A DNA stretch of 32,000 nucleotides, taken from Methanopyrus kandleri AV19. Its GTDB lineage: Archaea; JAADCQ01; Methanopyri; Methanopyrales; Methanopyraceae. The translations under genes were made by a program, and so were the position numbers. The DNA lies in the NCBI RefSeq assembly GCF_000007185.1, contig NC_003551.1, forward strand, positions 690,001 through 722,000. The letters run 5' to 3'. This document shows positions 16,280-23,876 of this stretch, one piece after another (within the stretch, counting starts at the first letter, position 1; each line of letters begins with the position of its first letter). The notes below the pieces were generated by a model. The model had not been told where the DNA came from. It worked only from the letters and a program-made list of their open reading frames with translations, and ran no database searches.

Positions 16280-16693
16280 TTGACCACCTACGTCCTCGAT
16301 ACATCAGCATTAATCAAGGGTGTGCCTCCGGAGCTCCTGGACGGTCCCGCTTACACGGTTCCGGAGGTTATCGAGGAGCTTAAGGATGATCTTTCCCGCG
16401 TGAGGTATGAGGTTGCGTCGGTAAGGGTCAAGGAACCCGAAGACTGGGCGGTTCGCCGCGCGCGCAGGCGCGCTAAGGTCACGGGTGACCTACCTCGGTT
16501 GTCGAAGACGGACCTGAAGGTTCTCGCGCTCGCCATCGAGTTGATGGAAGAGCAGGACGTAGTCCTAGTCAGCTCCGATTACAGCGTCCAGAACGTGGCG
16601 CTTACACTGGGTATTCGGGTGTACGGGCCCGTCCACGGCGAGGTGGACGAGGTAATCGGGCCGGGGGGACGACGTTGGAGACCGTCGGTGTAA
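16280..16693 (+). CDS. nob1: Nob1-type PIN-domain endonuclease (pre-16S rRNA 3'-end processing family), no zinc ribbon
   Basis: YVLDTSALIKG, YTVPEVIEELKD, TGDLPRLSKTDLKVLALAIEL and VSSDYSVQNVALTLGI align with archaeal Nob1 PIN domains. The maximal ORF starts at GTG 16262. TTG 16280 has GGGGGGA 6-7 nt upstream and gives a family-typical N-terminus. Confidence 0.8.
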   Translation: MTTYVLDTSALIKGVPPELLDGPAYTVPEVIEELKDDLSRVRYEVASVRVKEPEDWAVRRARRRAKVTGDLPRLSKTDLKVLALAIELMEEQDVVLVSSDYSVQNVALTLGIRVYGPVHGEVDEVIGPGGRRWRPSV

Positions 16694-17529
16694 CGACAGT
16701 CGTGACGGTGTCGGGGTTGACGGGGTCGAAGCGTGTAGCAGCCCGTGTGGATACCGGTGCCGAGAACGACTCGATCGACCTGAAGCTGGCGTCGGAAATA
16801 GGCGCCGGCCCCGTCATCGGGGTGAAGAAGGTCCGCTCCGCTTCCGCTTCGCGGTTACGCTCCGAGCGTCGGCCCGTGGTTCACGTCACTTTGGAGCTGG
16901 CCGGAAGATGTCTACCCTCGGAGGCCACGCTGGCGGATCGCCGGGATATGCGGTACCCGATGATCGTTGGGCGTAAGACGCTACGCCGGGCGGGGGTCAC
17001 GGTCGACCCGTCCCGTGAGGAGGAACCGGAGGGGGACGAAGTCGATCCACGTCGCGTAGTCGGTACCTTAAAGCTTCACAAAAGACTCCTGAGGACCGTC
17101 GGAGAGAAGCGCGCGGTGACCCCTGCCGTCCTGGCACTTCAGCACGGGGGAGCGTGGTCGTACCGCGACGGTGATGTATCGTCGGTGGCCGTTCCTATTC
17201 GGAAATTGTCGAACGGTGTAGTGCGTGAAGATCTCTACCTGCTTCTCAACCCCGAGATCGAGCGCGCCGAGGGTACGTTAACTAGACTCGAGAAGTGTGG
17301 TCGCGAGAGAGTTCGGCGCGTCGCGAAGCGTCCACGGCGGCTTGAAGTACGACATGATGGTGGCGCCATCATCCGCGTCGATCCGGGGCGTAGACGCATC
17401 CGTGTTCGGGAGCTCGACCCGGGAACGCTCCGACTTGAAGGCATTCCCGCCGCCAACCTTCACCACGAGCTCTCTCACCTCATGGGGGACGACCTGGGCC
17501 CCAGCGTGCTGGAGTTCGAGGTCGAGTGA
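16675..17529 (+). CDS. Two-domain protein: N-terminal retropepsin-like domain (DUF785 / RimK-associated Zn_protease-type) and C-terminal peptide-deformylase-like metallohydrolase domain
   Basis: 284 aa. N-terminal VAARVDTGAENDSIDL...TLADRRDMRYPMIVGRKTL fits the DTGA retropepsin-like family. The C-terminus carries LALQ, LLLNPEIERAEGTLTRLEKCG and HHELSHLMG. These parallel PDF motifs GxGLAAxQ, EGCLS and HExDHLxG with Gln, Cys and both His retained. Confidence 0.6.
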   Translation: METVGVTTVVTVSGLTGSKRVAARVDTGAENDSIDLKLASEIGAGPVIGVKKVRSASASRLRSERRPVVHVTLELAGRCLPSEATLADRRDMRYPMIVGRKTLRRAGVTVDPSREEEPEGDEVDPRRVVGTLKLHKRLLRTVGEKRAVTPAVLALQHGGAWSYRDGDVSSVAVPIRKLSNGVVREDLYLLLNPEIERAEGTLTRLEKCGRERVRRVAKRPRRLEVRHDGGAIIRVDPGRRRIRVRELDPGTLRLEGIPAANLHHELSHLMGDDLGPSVLEFEVE

Positions 17530-18443
17530 AGGGGGACACCATTACCGTGTCGGAGACGATCCGAGTCGCCACTCGATCCAGCCGTCTGGCGATTATCCAG
17601 ACCCGGGAGGTAATCGAGCTGCTGGAGCGGGAATCCCCGCGTGACGTCGAGGTTGAGATCGTGAAGACGAAGTCACGTGGGGACGTCGTTCGGGATCGAC
17701 CCCTCCACAAGCTGGGTGAGAAGGGTGTGTTCGTGAAAGAGGTTGACAGGCTGGTACTCGAAGGTAAGGCCGATATCGCCGTTCACAGCGCCAAAGACGT
17801 TCCTTCCGTCGTAGATTATCCCGTGGATGTGGCGGCTGTGCCTCCCCGGAGGGACCCCCGAGAATGTCTGGTGTCGCGACACGGCGGACTCAAAGAACTT
17901 CCGCGGGGAGCTACCGTGGGGACCAGCAGTCCTAGACGGCGCGCGCAGATCCTCCTAGAAAGACCTGACTTGAAGGTGGAGCCGATGCGCGGGAACGTAG
18001 ACACCAGGGTCTCCAAGGTGAGGCGGAGGGAGTACGACGCCGCCGTTCTCGCCAAAGTCGGGTTGGACCGGCTCGGGATGACATCCGAGGTTTCCGAGGT
18101 GTACGACCCGGAAGAGTTCGTGCCGCCGGCGGGCCAAGGGGCCCTGATGATCACCTGCCGCAAGGACGACGATCGCGTTAAACGCCTTCTGGAAGTCGTG
18201 GACGACGAGAAGAGTCGGGTGGAAGTCGAGACGGAGAAGGCCGTCGTGAGGGAGCTCGGAGTGGGTTGCTCGGAGCCTGTAGGAGTCCACGTGCGAGCTC
18301 GCGACGGTGATCACGTGAGGTTGGTGCTGGGACTGTTCGAAGAAGACGGCTCTTGCGGCCACGTACTCAAGATGCGGGGCTCGCCTGAGGACGTCGTCCG
18401 TGAGGCGGTGTCTCAGGCTAGGGAGGTGTTATCGGATGGGTGA
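17526..18443 (+). CDS. hemC: Hydroxymethylbilane synthase (porphobilinogen deaminase)
   Basis: 305 aa. IRVATRSSRLAIIQT, AVHSAKDVP and GTSSPRRRAQ motifs. A GTGA overlap joins it to the upstream gene. Confidence 0.9.
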   Translation: MKGDTITVSETIRVATRSSRLAIIQTREVIELLERESPRDVEVEIVKTKSRGDVVRDRPLHKLGEKGVFVKEVDRLVLEGKADIAVHSAKDVPSVVDYPVDVAAVPPRRDPRECLVSRHGGLKELPRGATVGTSSPRRRAQILLERPDLKVEPMRGNVDTRVSKVRRREYDAAVLAKVGLDRLGMTSEVSEVYDPEEFVPPAGQGALMITCRKDDDRVKRLLEVVDDEKSRVEVETEKAVVRELGVGCSEPVGVHVRARDGDHVRLVLGLFEEDGSCGHVLKMRGSPEDVVREAVSQAREVLSDG

Positions 18444-19227
18444 GCTGTACCTGGTCGGAGGGGGTCTCTCCGACGTTCGAGATCTCACGCTGCGGGCCCT
18501 TGAAGTGCTAGCTAGCGTGGAGTTGGTGCTGGTCGACACCTACACCAGCGTGTACGACGTAAGCGAGGGCGACCTGAAACGGTTGCTCAACGGGTTCGGA
18601 GGTGATCCTGAAGTACGTATGTGCTCGCGGCGGGACCTGGAGGAGCGCTTCTTCGACCTGTGTGAGGGGTACGATCGCGTCGCCCTGCTCTCCCCGGGCG
18701 ACCCGATGGCAGCGACCACTCACGTGGCGCTGGTGGTCGAGGCCGCCGACCGTGGGTGGGACGTCGAGATAATCAACGGCGTATCGGTGTTCACCGCGGC
18801 ACCATCCAAGTCGGGGCTGGAAATGTACCGGTTCGGACGTACCGCCACGATTCCGTTGAACGTGCGCTCCGTGTATCCCTACGATGTGCTCGAATCGAAC
18901 CGGCAGGCCGGTTTACACACCCTCTTCCTGCTGGAAGTTGCTGAAGACGGGGAGTTCGTCTCTGTCGCTGACGCCGCCCGCTACCTATTGGAAATTGAGA
19001 GGGAAGAAGGTCGCGGAGTACTCGACCCCTCGGATCTCGCGATCGCCGTAGTGAGGCTGGGGTTCGAGGACGAGTTGGTGGCTTGGGGAACCCTCGAAGA
19101 ACTCTCCGACTGGGAGCCCGGTGAACCTCCGCAAGCTCTAATACTGCCCGCCTCCCGACTCCGTGAAGCGGAGCGCGAATACATCCGCCGCGTCCTCCCA
19201 CACATCCGAGATGTGCGTGGGGTCTAG
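18436..19227 (+). CDS. dphB: Diphthine synthase
   Basis: ELYLVGGGLSDVRDLTLRALEVLASVELVLVDTYTS is the Dph5-type tetrapyrrole-methylase N-terminus. ATG 18436 is preceded by GGGAGG and overlaps the hemC stop by 8 nt. The track's 18400 start lies inside hemC. Confidence 0.9.
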   Translation: MGELYLVGGGLSDVRDLTLRALEVLASVELVLVDTYTSVYDVSEGDLKRLLNGFGGDPEVRMCSRRDLEERFFDLCEGYDRVALLSPGDPMAATTHVALVVEAADRGWDVEIINGVSVFTAAPSKSGLEMYRFGRTATIPLNVRSVYPYDVLESNRQAGLHTLFLLEVAEDGEFVSVADAARYLLEIEREEGRGVLDPSDLAIAVVRLGFEDELVAWGTLEELSDWEPGEPPQALILPASRLREAEREYIRRVLPHIRDVRGV

Positions 19228-19230
19228 CCT

Positions 19231-19587
19231 TTGGGTGAGGAGACTGGCGGTGACTATCACGTCGTGCTCGAGGCCGCGTGGATCGTGTACAACGTCGACG
19301 ACGAGGACGACGCTATCAACATCGCCATTGCCGAGGCGGGTAAGCGCTTGAACCGACACGGCCTCGATTACGTGGATATCGATGTCGGGTTTTACGAGTG
19401 TCCTGAATGTGGTAATGAAATCGAAGGTGTGTGGATAGTAGCAGGTACAGCCCTCGTCCGACTGATTCTATCGATGCGAGTGTTCAACGCGGAAAGCGAG
19501 GAACACGCCATTCGCATCGCTAAGTACGAGATCGGTCAAGCGCTGGAGGATGTACCCTTAGGTGTCGTTGAAGTAACTCCGCTCTGA
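19231..19587 (+). CDS. UPF0212/DUF555-family protein (conserved archaeal, unknown function)
   Basis: 118 aa. [14 protein letters not shown]...[12 protein letters not shown]...[28 protein letters not shown] parallels the methanogen UPF0212 family. Confidence 0.75.
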
Positions 19588-19591
19588 CCAT

Positions 19592-20701
19592 TTACTTACC
19601 CCTTACGAGATGCGCCCATATTAGCGCCGAGAGCAACGTGAACGTAGCCAAGGCGAAGGAGTTCATCGCCCTAGAGAACAGGAATACTCCTATCAGTGAT
19701 TGGACTGAGAACGCGATCAGACAACCGAAGAGCATGGCCTCTCTCGCCAGGAATCTCGCCGTCATCCTACGCCTTCGTAGTTTTATGTACTCCGAGAGGC
19801 ACCTCGATCCCACGTATAGTGTGGCCGCGACCCATATGGACAGTAATACCGCCCCGATGTACCCGAAGTCGAAGGCCCAGGTGAACAAGCCAGGCAGCAT
19901 GTAATCGAGAAGGTCCTTTTTAACGACGAGTGCTCCATGTAGTGTAGGTACGTCGAGCCGGAACATCATGAGATATCCGACAGGCAGTGTGACGAACCCG
20001 TCACCGAAGCCCCGCCACTCGTATCCGGCGGGAAGCGCCTTCGTGGAGTGACCGATGATGTGCGTGTTCTTCGCCACGAACTCGAGTCCCGGTACGGTGT
20101 ATTCCGCGAATCGCTTGATACGGAGTGTCGGGCTGAACACGGGCTTATTCAGGACGTAAGCGAGCAGTTCCAGGAGACCGAGGAAACCTATGGCCATCAG
20201 CGTGGCCATCACGATCGACCTTTTGCTCATCTTAGCTGCTCGGGCGGCAAAAGCGCGGAATCTCGACTCCACTTTCAAGTACTTCGCTATGAAATGCTCC
20301 GTAAGCGCCCAGCATAGGAACCAGGAGAGTAGGAAGTCACGATGCATAATTCCTCCGACCATTCCCACGTACACCCATAGGAGATTGAAGTATGGCCGAG
20401 TACGTCGGGCCGCCGTGATACCACGGGTTTCGAGCAGTTGCAGGAGGTACCTCGAGGTCGCCCAAGCGGCGAGTGCCAGTGGGCCGAACGGGTGCGTAAA
20501 CTCGTGGCGTGATACGGGGAGGAACAGCGAGAAAGCGTCCACGGTGAATAGAAGGGCCAGCACTCCCAGTGTGAAGAGGGACAGTGAGAGGACCCTCTGT
20601 ACCGTTACCGAGGAATAGCTCAGGGCGAACGGTATCGTCAGGTGGGTGATCACGAAGAAGTCCAGGAGGGCTTCACCCGTGTTATAGGGGACCACGTACA
20701 A
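19592..20701 (-). CDS. Polytopic membrane protein (about 9-10 TM with one large loop), unknown function; last gene of the wall cluster
   Basis: 369 aa. I count six hydrophobic segments, then a ~90-aa hydrophilic loop (res ~185-275), then three more segments. The TTG start is 1 nt after the upstream stop. Confidence 0.7.
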   Translation of the reverse strand: MYVVPYNTGEALLDFFVITHLTIPFALSYSSVTVQRVLSLSLFTLGVLALLFTVDAFSLFLPVSRHEFTHPFGPLALAAWATSRYLLQLLETRGITAARRTRPYFNLLWVYVGMVGGIMHRDFLLSWFLCWALTEHFIAKYLKVESRFRAFAARAAKMSKRSIVMATLMAIGFLGLLELLAYVLNKPVFSPTLRIKRFAEYTVPGLEFVAKNTHIIGHSTKALPAGYEWRGFGDGFVTLPVGYLMMFRLDVPTLHGALVVKKDLLDYMLPGLFTWAFDFGYIGAVLLSIWVAATLYVGSRCLSEYIKLRRRRMTARFLAREAMLFGCLIAFSVQSLIGVFLFSRAMNSFALATFTLLSALIWAHLVRGK

Positions 20702-20702
20702 G

Positions 20703-21953
20703 TTACCACGCCCGCAGCCTCCGATTTACGAGCTCTCTGATTCCTCCGAGCACGATCAGCGCAACTCCTACGGCGGAGCTGATTAGACCGAGGGAGTGTA
20801 GTGTCTCAGGGGAGATCGGGGTCTTCAACGGCGGCTTTTTGTACCCCTCCGGTAGCGGACGCATGTAGATAGTGATCAGGTTGGCCTCGGGTTCCACTTT
20901 GACATCACCCGGTAGTATGTAGTCGTACCCCAACAGTGTGTTGTTGTCTATGTCGGAGTCGATCGCGCGGGCGATGTCCTCCGGCTGCTTCTTCCCGGCT
21001 TGGACCAGCGTCTGGACGGTCTCGACTATCGACACTTTATCGTACACGCTCTTGATCCCGTAGACCCGGACGATCGGCTGGTCCTTCCTTACCGTGATCA
21101 TGTCTCGGGCAACCTGCCAGGCGTACTCCGTTCGGAGGGAGGACCCACAGACGGGACACCGCGAGTACTTGGAGGCCGCCGGGTAGGCGACGCTCCATCC
21201 ACATTTGGGGCAGACTTTACGGTAGGCTGTGTCCATCGGGATGCCGCGCGCGTTGAGCTTGGGCGGGACGAAAGTGTCACCCGTCGACAGACCGGCGGTG
21301 ATGTTGACTACACCACCTCCGTACTTCTCTCCGGACTTCTTGGCCACGTAACCCATGATCCTCGTCACTATCTCCGTCGCGGGTAGACCGTCCCTGATCA
21401 TCCTGCCGGCCATGATGGCGGCCTCTATTCGGACCTTCGTAGCGGTGCCGTACATAGGGTTGCCCGGCGTGTTACGCAGGTGGATTACGGCGCACTTGAC
21501 GTTCTTGGGTATACGGACGATGTTAGGGCCTCCGCTGCTGTGGTACTGCTTGATGATGATCTTGTTCCCTTTCACGATCACCACGGCGATATCGTAGCTT
21601 CCGCCCACCGCAACGCCCTTCCCGGGGCCTCCGACCAGAAGTCGGTCCGTGGGTGACCGGCTGATACCGGCCCTCACGGCACTTTCTATGTCCTCACCCA
21701 GCTCTAACGCCCGTATACACGCCAGGATAGCCTCCAGGCGTGCCGTACCCTTGCTCAGACCTCCCGCTAGGACGGCTACGTGTAGCTTCTTGGACACTAG
21801 GAACGTCGACTGGAACATGTTAGGAGCGAAGGACATCGAGGCTGCGGCTGCACCGTTGGGATCCTTGCCGCTGGGGTCCGTGATCACGATCATGTTGAAG
21901 GTAGCGGACGCCCCGGAGACCAGTGCCAGGAGCGCGATCAGCGGGATCAGCAC
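20703..21953 (-). CDS. Exported, C-terminally anchored protein with an Ntn-hydrolase/DUF1028-like N-terminal domain and an internal Cys4 ribbon
   Basis: 416 aa. Signal-like N-terminus MLIPLIALLALVSGASA followed by TFNMIVITDPSG...GAAAAS. Compare the DUF1028 start MTFSIVARDPxTGxxGVAVAS. CPKCG-x14-CPVCG at res 248-269. C-terminal TM segment LGLISSAVGVALIVLGGI. Confidence 0.65.
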   Translation of the reverse strand: MLIPLIALLALVSGASATFNMIVITDPSGKDPNGAAAASMSFAPNMFQSTFLVSKKLHVAVLAGGLSKGTARLEAILACIRALELGEDIESAVRAGISRSPTDRLLVGGPGKGVAVGGSYDIAVVIVKGNKIIIKQYHSSGGPNIVRIPKNVKCAVIHLRNTPGNPMYGTATKVRIEAAIMAGRMIRDGLPATEIVTRIMGYVAKKSGEKYGGGVVNITAGLSTGDTFVPPKLNARGIPMDTAYRKVCPKCGWSVAYPAASKYSRCPVCGSSLRTEYAWQVARDMITVRKDQPIVRVYGIKSVYDKVSIVETVQTLVQAGKKQPEDIARAIDSDIDNNTLLGYDYILPGDVKVEPEANLITIYMRPLPEGYKKPPLKTPISPETLHSLGLISSAVGVALIVLGGIRELVNRRLRAW

Positions 21954-21972
21954 ACGGATCGCGGGGTCCCCC

Positions 21973-22422
21973 CTACCTCGGCAGTCCGTAGTCTTCGATC
22001 ACCCGGACCACGACGACCCCTGATCGTTTGATCGTGATCTGGACGGATCGAATGGGTTTGATCTTCGTTCCCGGGATCACGCTCCTCATCGCGTATATCC
22101 TCGCCCTCCTGATCGCCTCGTGCAGCGGGATTTTCTTGCCTTCCGGGGTGATGAGGGTTCCGCCCTTGATAACCGAACCGGGACGCAGGCCCGACGCCAT
22201 CACGTTGCTACGTATGACCTCTTCCGGCAGGAAATCGCAGCCGACTACGTCGATACCTATGATCCTGAGTCCCTCTTGCTTGGGTACCGGACGTGCCGCC
22301 CACGCTGTGTACTCCGCGATTCTTCCGATGCTGAGGAGTAGAGCACCCATCAGCATGATCGCCAGGTTACGCCGGGAAACGGGCCACGGTTTGATCCACT
22401 TCCTCTTCCTTTCCTCTTCCAC
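21973..22422 (-). CDS. N-terminally anchored small protein with a POTRA/FtsQ-like domain
   Basis: 149 aa. Basic N-terminus plus TM segment (LAIMLMGALLLSIG). LRIIGIDVVGCDFLPEEVIRSNV...GLRPGSVI ... IRSVQITIKRSGVVVVRVIEDY follows the beta-alpha-alpha-beta-beta pattern of FtsQ/DivIB POTRA domains. The start is 2 nt after the upstream stop. Confidence 0.55.
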   Translation of the reverse strand: MEEERKRKWIKPWPVSRRNLAIMLMGALLLSIGRIAEYTAWAARPVPKQEGLRIIGIDVVGCDFLPEEVIRSNVMASGLRPGSVIKGGTLITPEGKKIPLHEAIRRARIYAMRSVIPGTKIKPIRSVQITIKRSGVVVVRVIEDYGLPR

Positions 22423-22424
22423 CG

Positions 22425-23855
22425 CTAGATCGCCCCCATATCGCGCAGGACCTCTCGAGCAGGTTCCATTCCTTGGGCTCCTCCCAGTAGAATCACGGTG
22501 TCGTCGTCCGCCAAGTCCAGTGCGCGCTCCAAAGCGTCTTCTAACCGATCGTAGTGCTCGTAGTCGATGCCGGAGCGCTCCAGTTCCTCCAGGAACGCCC
22601 TCCGCTCCTCAGGCCGCACTACGTTAGCATCGTCCACGAGGCCCTCTGATGAGGTCGCGATCACGTGGACGTGGATTCCCTCGTCCTGTAGATCCTTCGC
22701 GCCTTCAGCCAGCGCCCGAGCGATTTGACGGTTAATGTCGACGCCACGCGACCCGCGGATCGCGAACACAACAATCACCTTGGAGCGACCCAACCGTCGC
22801 AGGGCGCGAACAGTGGCGAGTACTCCGTCGGGATTGTGGCAGAAATCGTCGTAAATCAGCGGGTCGTCGCACAGGCGTTCGAACCTCCGCTTCAAGGGTT
22901 GGTACGTCCTCAAGCCTTCGGCGATATCCTCCCGATCTATTCCTAGAGCTCCCGCGGCGGCTACGGCGGCCAACGCGTTGTACAGGAAGTGGTCCACCGG
23001 TAGGGGGAACTCCCGGACGGGTATTAGGGGTTCTTCGTCCAGTACTATCCACTCCTCCCCGTCGCGTTCCTCAATGTGGGAGTATCCTTCGTCCCATCCG
23101 TACCATACCGTCTCCACACCTTCCCTGGTCATCCGCCGTACGTACCGATCGTCACGGTTGAGCACCGCGATACCTCCCTTTCGTAGGGCCCGCACGACAC
23201 CGTATACAGCGTCAACCATCTCTTCCAGAGAGGAAACCAGGTTCGTGTGGTCCACCCCGACGTTCGTCACGACCGCCAGCTCGCATTTGAGGGCCTTCGC
23301 CATCCGGTAGGCGTGGTCCTCCATTATTCGACCCGTAGGTAAGCCTTGTACCTCAGATACCTCCACGCACAGGTAATCTTCCGGCCGTTCCTCGCGCAAC
23401 TCCATCGCGACCACGGGGTCTATGAGGGTGTTCTTCTCGGAACGGAAATCCGTGTTGCAGTAAGCATCGAAGCCGGCGGTATCGAGGATGTGGTGAAGCA
23501 AGTGATTCGTAGTCGACTTACCGTTAGTTCCCGTCACGCAGATCGCGGTAGCGTCAGGGGCGCACTTCTCACGGGCTACGCGCAGAGCGTACTCGTTCGC
23601 CCGATCCACCTCCGTCAGGATCAAGGGGATTCCGAGCTCGTCGCATCTCTCGATCAGCTTGCCGCGCGGGTGTTCAGTCACCAGACATGCCACGCCTCTC
23701 TCCGACGCGATCTCGGCACCTTTATCGTCCAACCACCATCGGATCACTACATCTCCTTCTTTCGCCCTTCCTAACGTGGAGAACCATCCGGCGATCATAC
23801 TATCCGGGTCGCCTGAGCGTATTTCCCCTTCCACATTCTCAGCCAGCTCCCTCAC
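22425..23855 (-). CDS. Mur-ligase-family peptide ligase (MurE/MurF-like architecture), presumed pseudomurein peptide ligase
   Basis: 476 aa. P-loop VTGTNGKSTT. Central-domain VTNVGVDHTN. C-terminal DDFCHNPDG (compare DYAHNP/DxAHTPD). N-terminal domain of the MurE/F type. Confidence 0.85.
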   Translation of the reverse strand: MRELAENVEGEIRSGDPDSMIAGWFSTLGRAKEGDVVIRWWLDDKGAEIASERGVACLVTEHPRGKLIERCDELGIPLILTEVDRANEYALRVAREKCAPDATAICVTGTNGKSTTNHLLHHILDTAGFDAYCNTDFRSEKNTLIDPVVAMELREERPEDYLCVEVSEVQGLPTGRIMEDHAYRMAKALKCELAVVTNVGVDHTNLVSSLEEMVDAVYGVVRALRKGGIAVLNRDDRYVRRMTREGVETVWYGWDEGYSHIEERDGEEWIVLDEEPLIPVREFPLPVDHFLYNALAAVAAAGALGIDREDIAEGLRTYQPLKRRFERLCDDPLIYDDFCHNPDGVLATVRALRRLGRSKVIVVFAIRGSRGVDINRQIARALAEGAKDLQDEGIHVHVIATSSEGLVDDANVVRPEERRAFLEELERSGIDYEHYDRLEDALERALDLADDDTVILLGGAQGMEPAREVLRDMGAI

Positions 23856-23876
23856 CGTGAGCTTCAGCAGCGCCCC

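Noticed and set aside
18400-18435. Upstream extension of dphB to 18400
   Set aside because: The extension lies inside hemC. ATG 18436, with GGGAGG upstream, gives the canonical diphthine synthase N-terminus.
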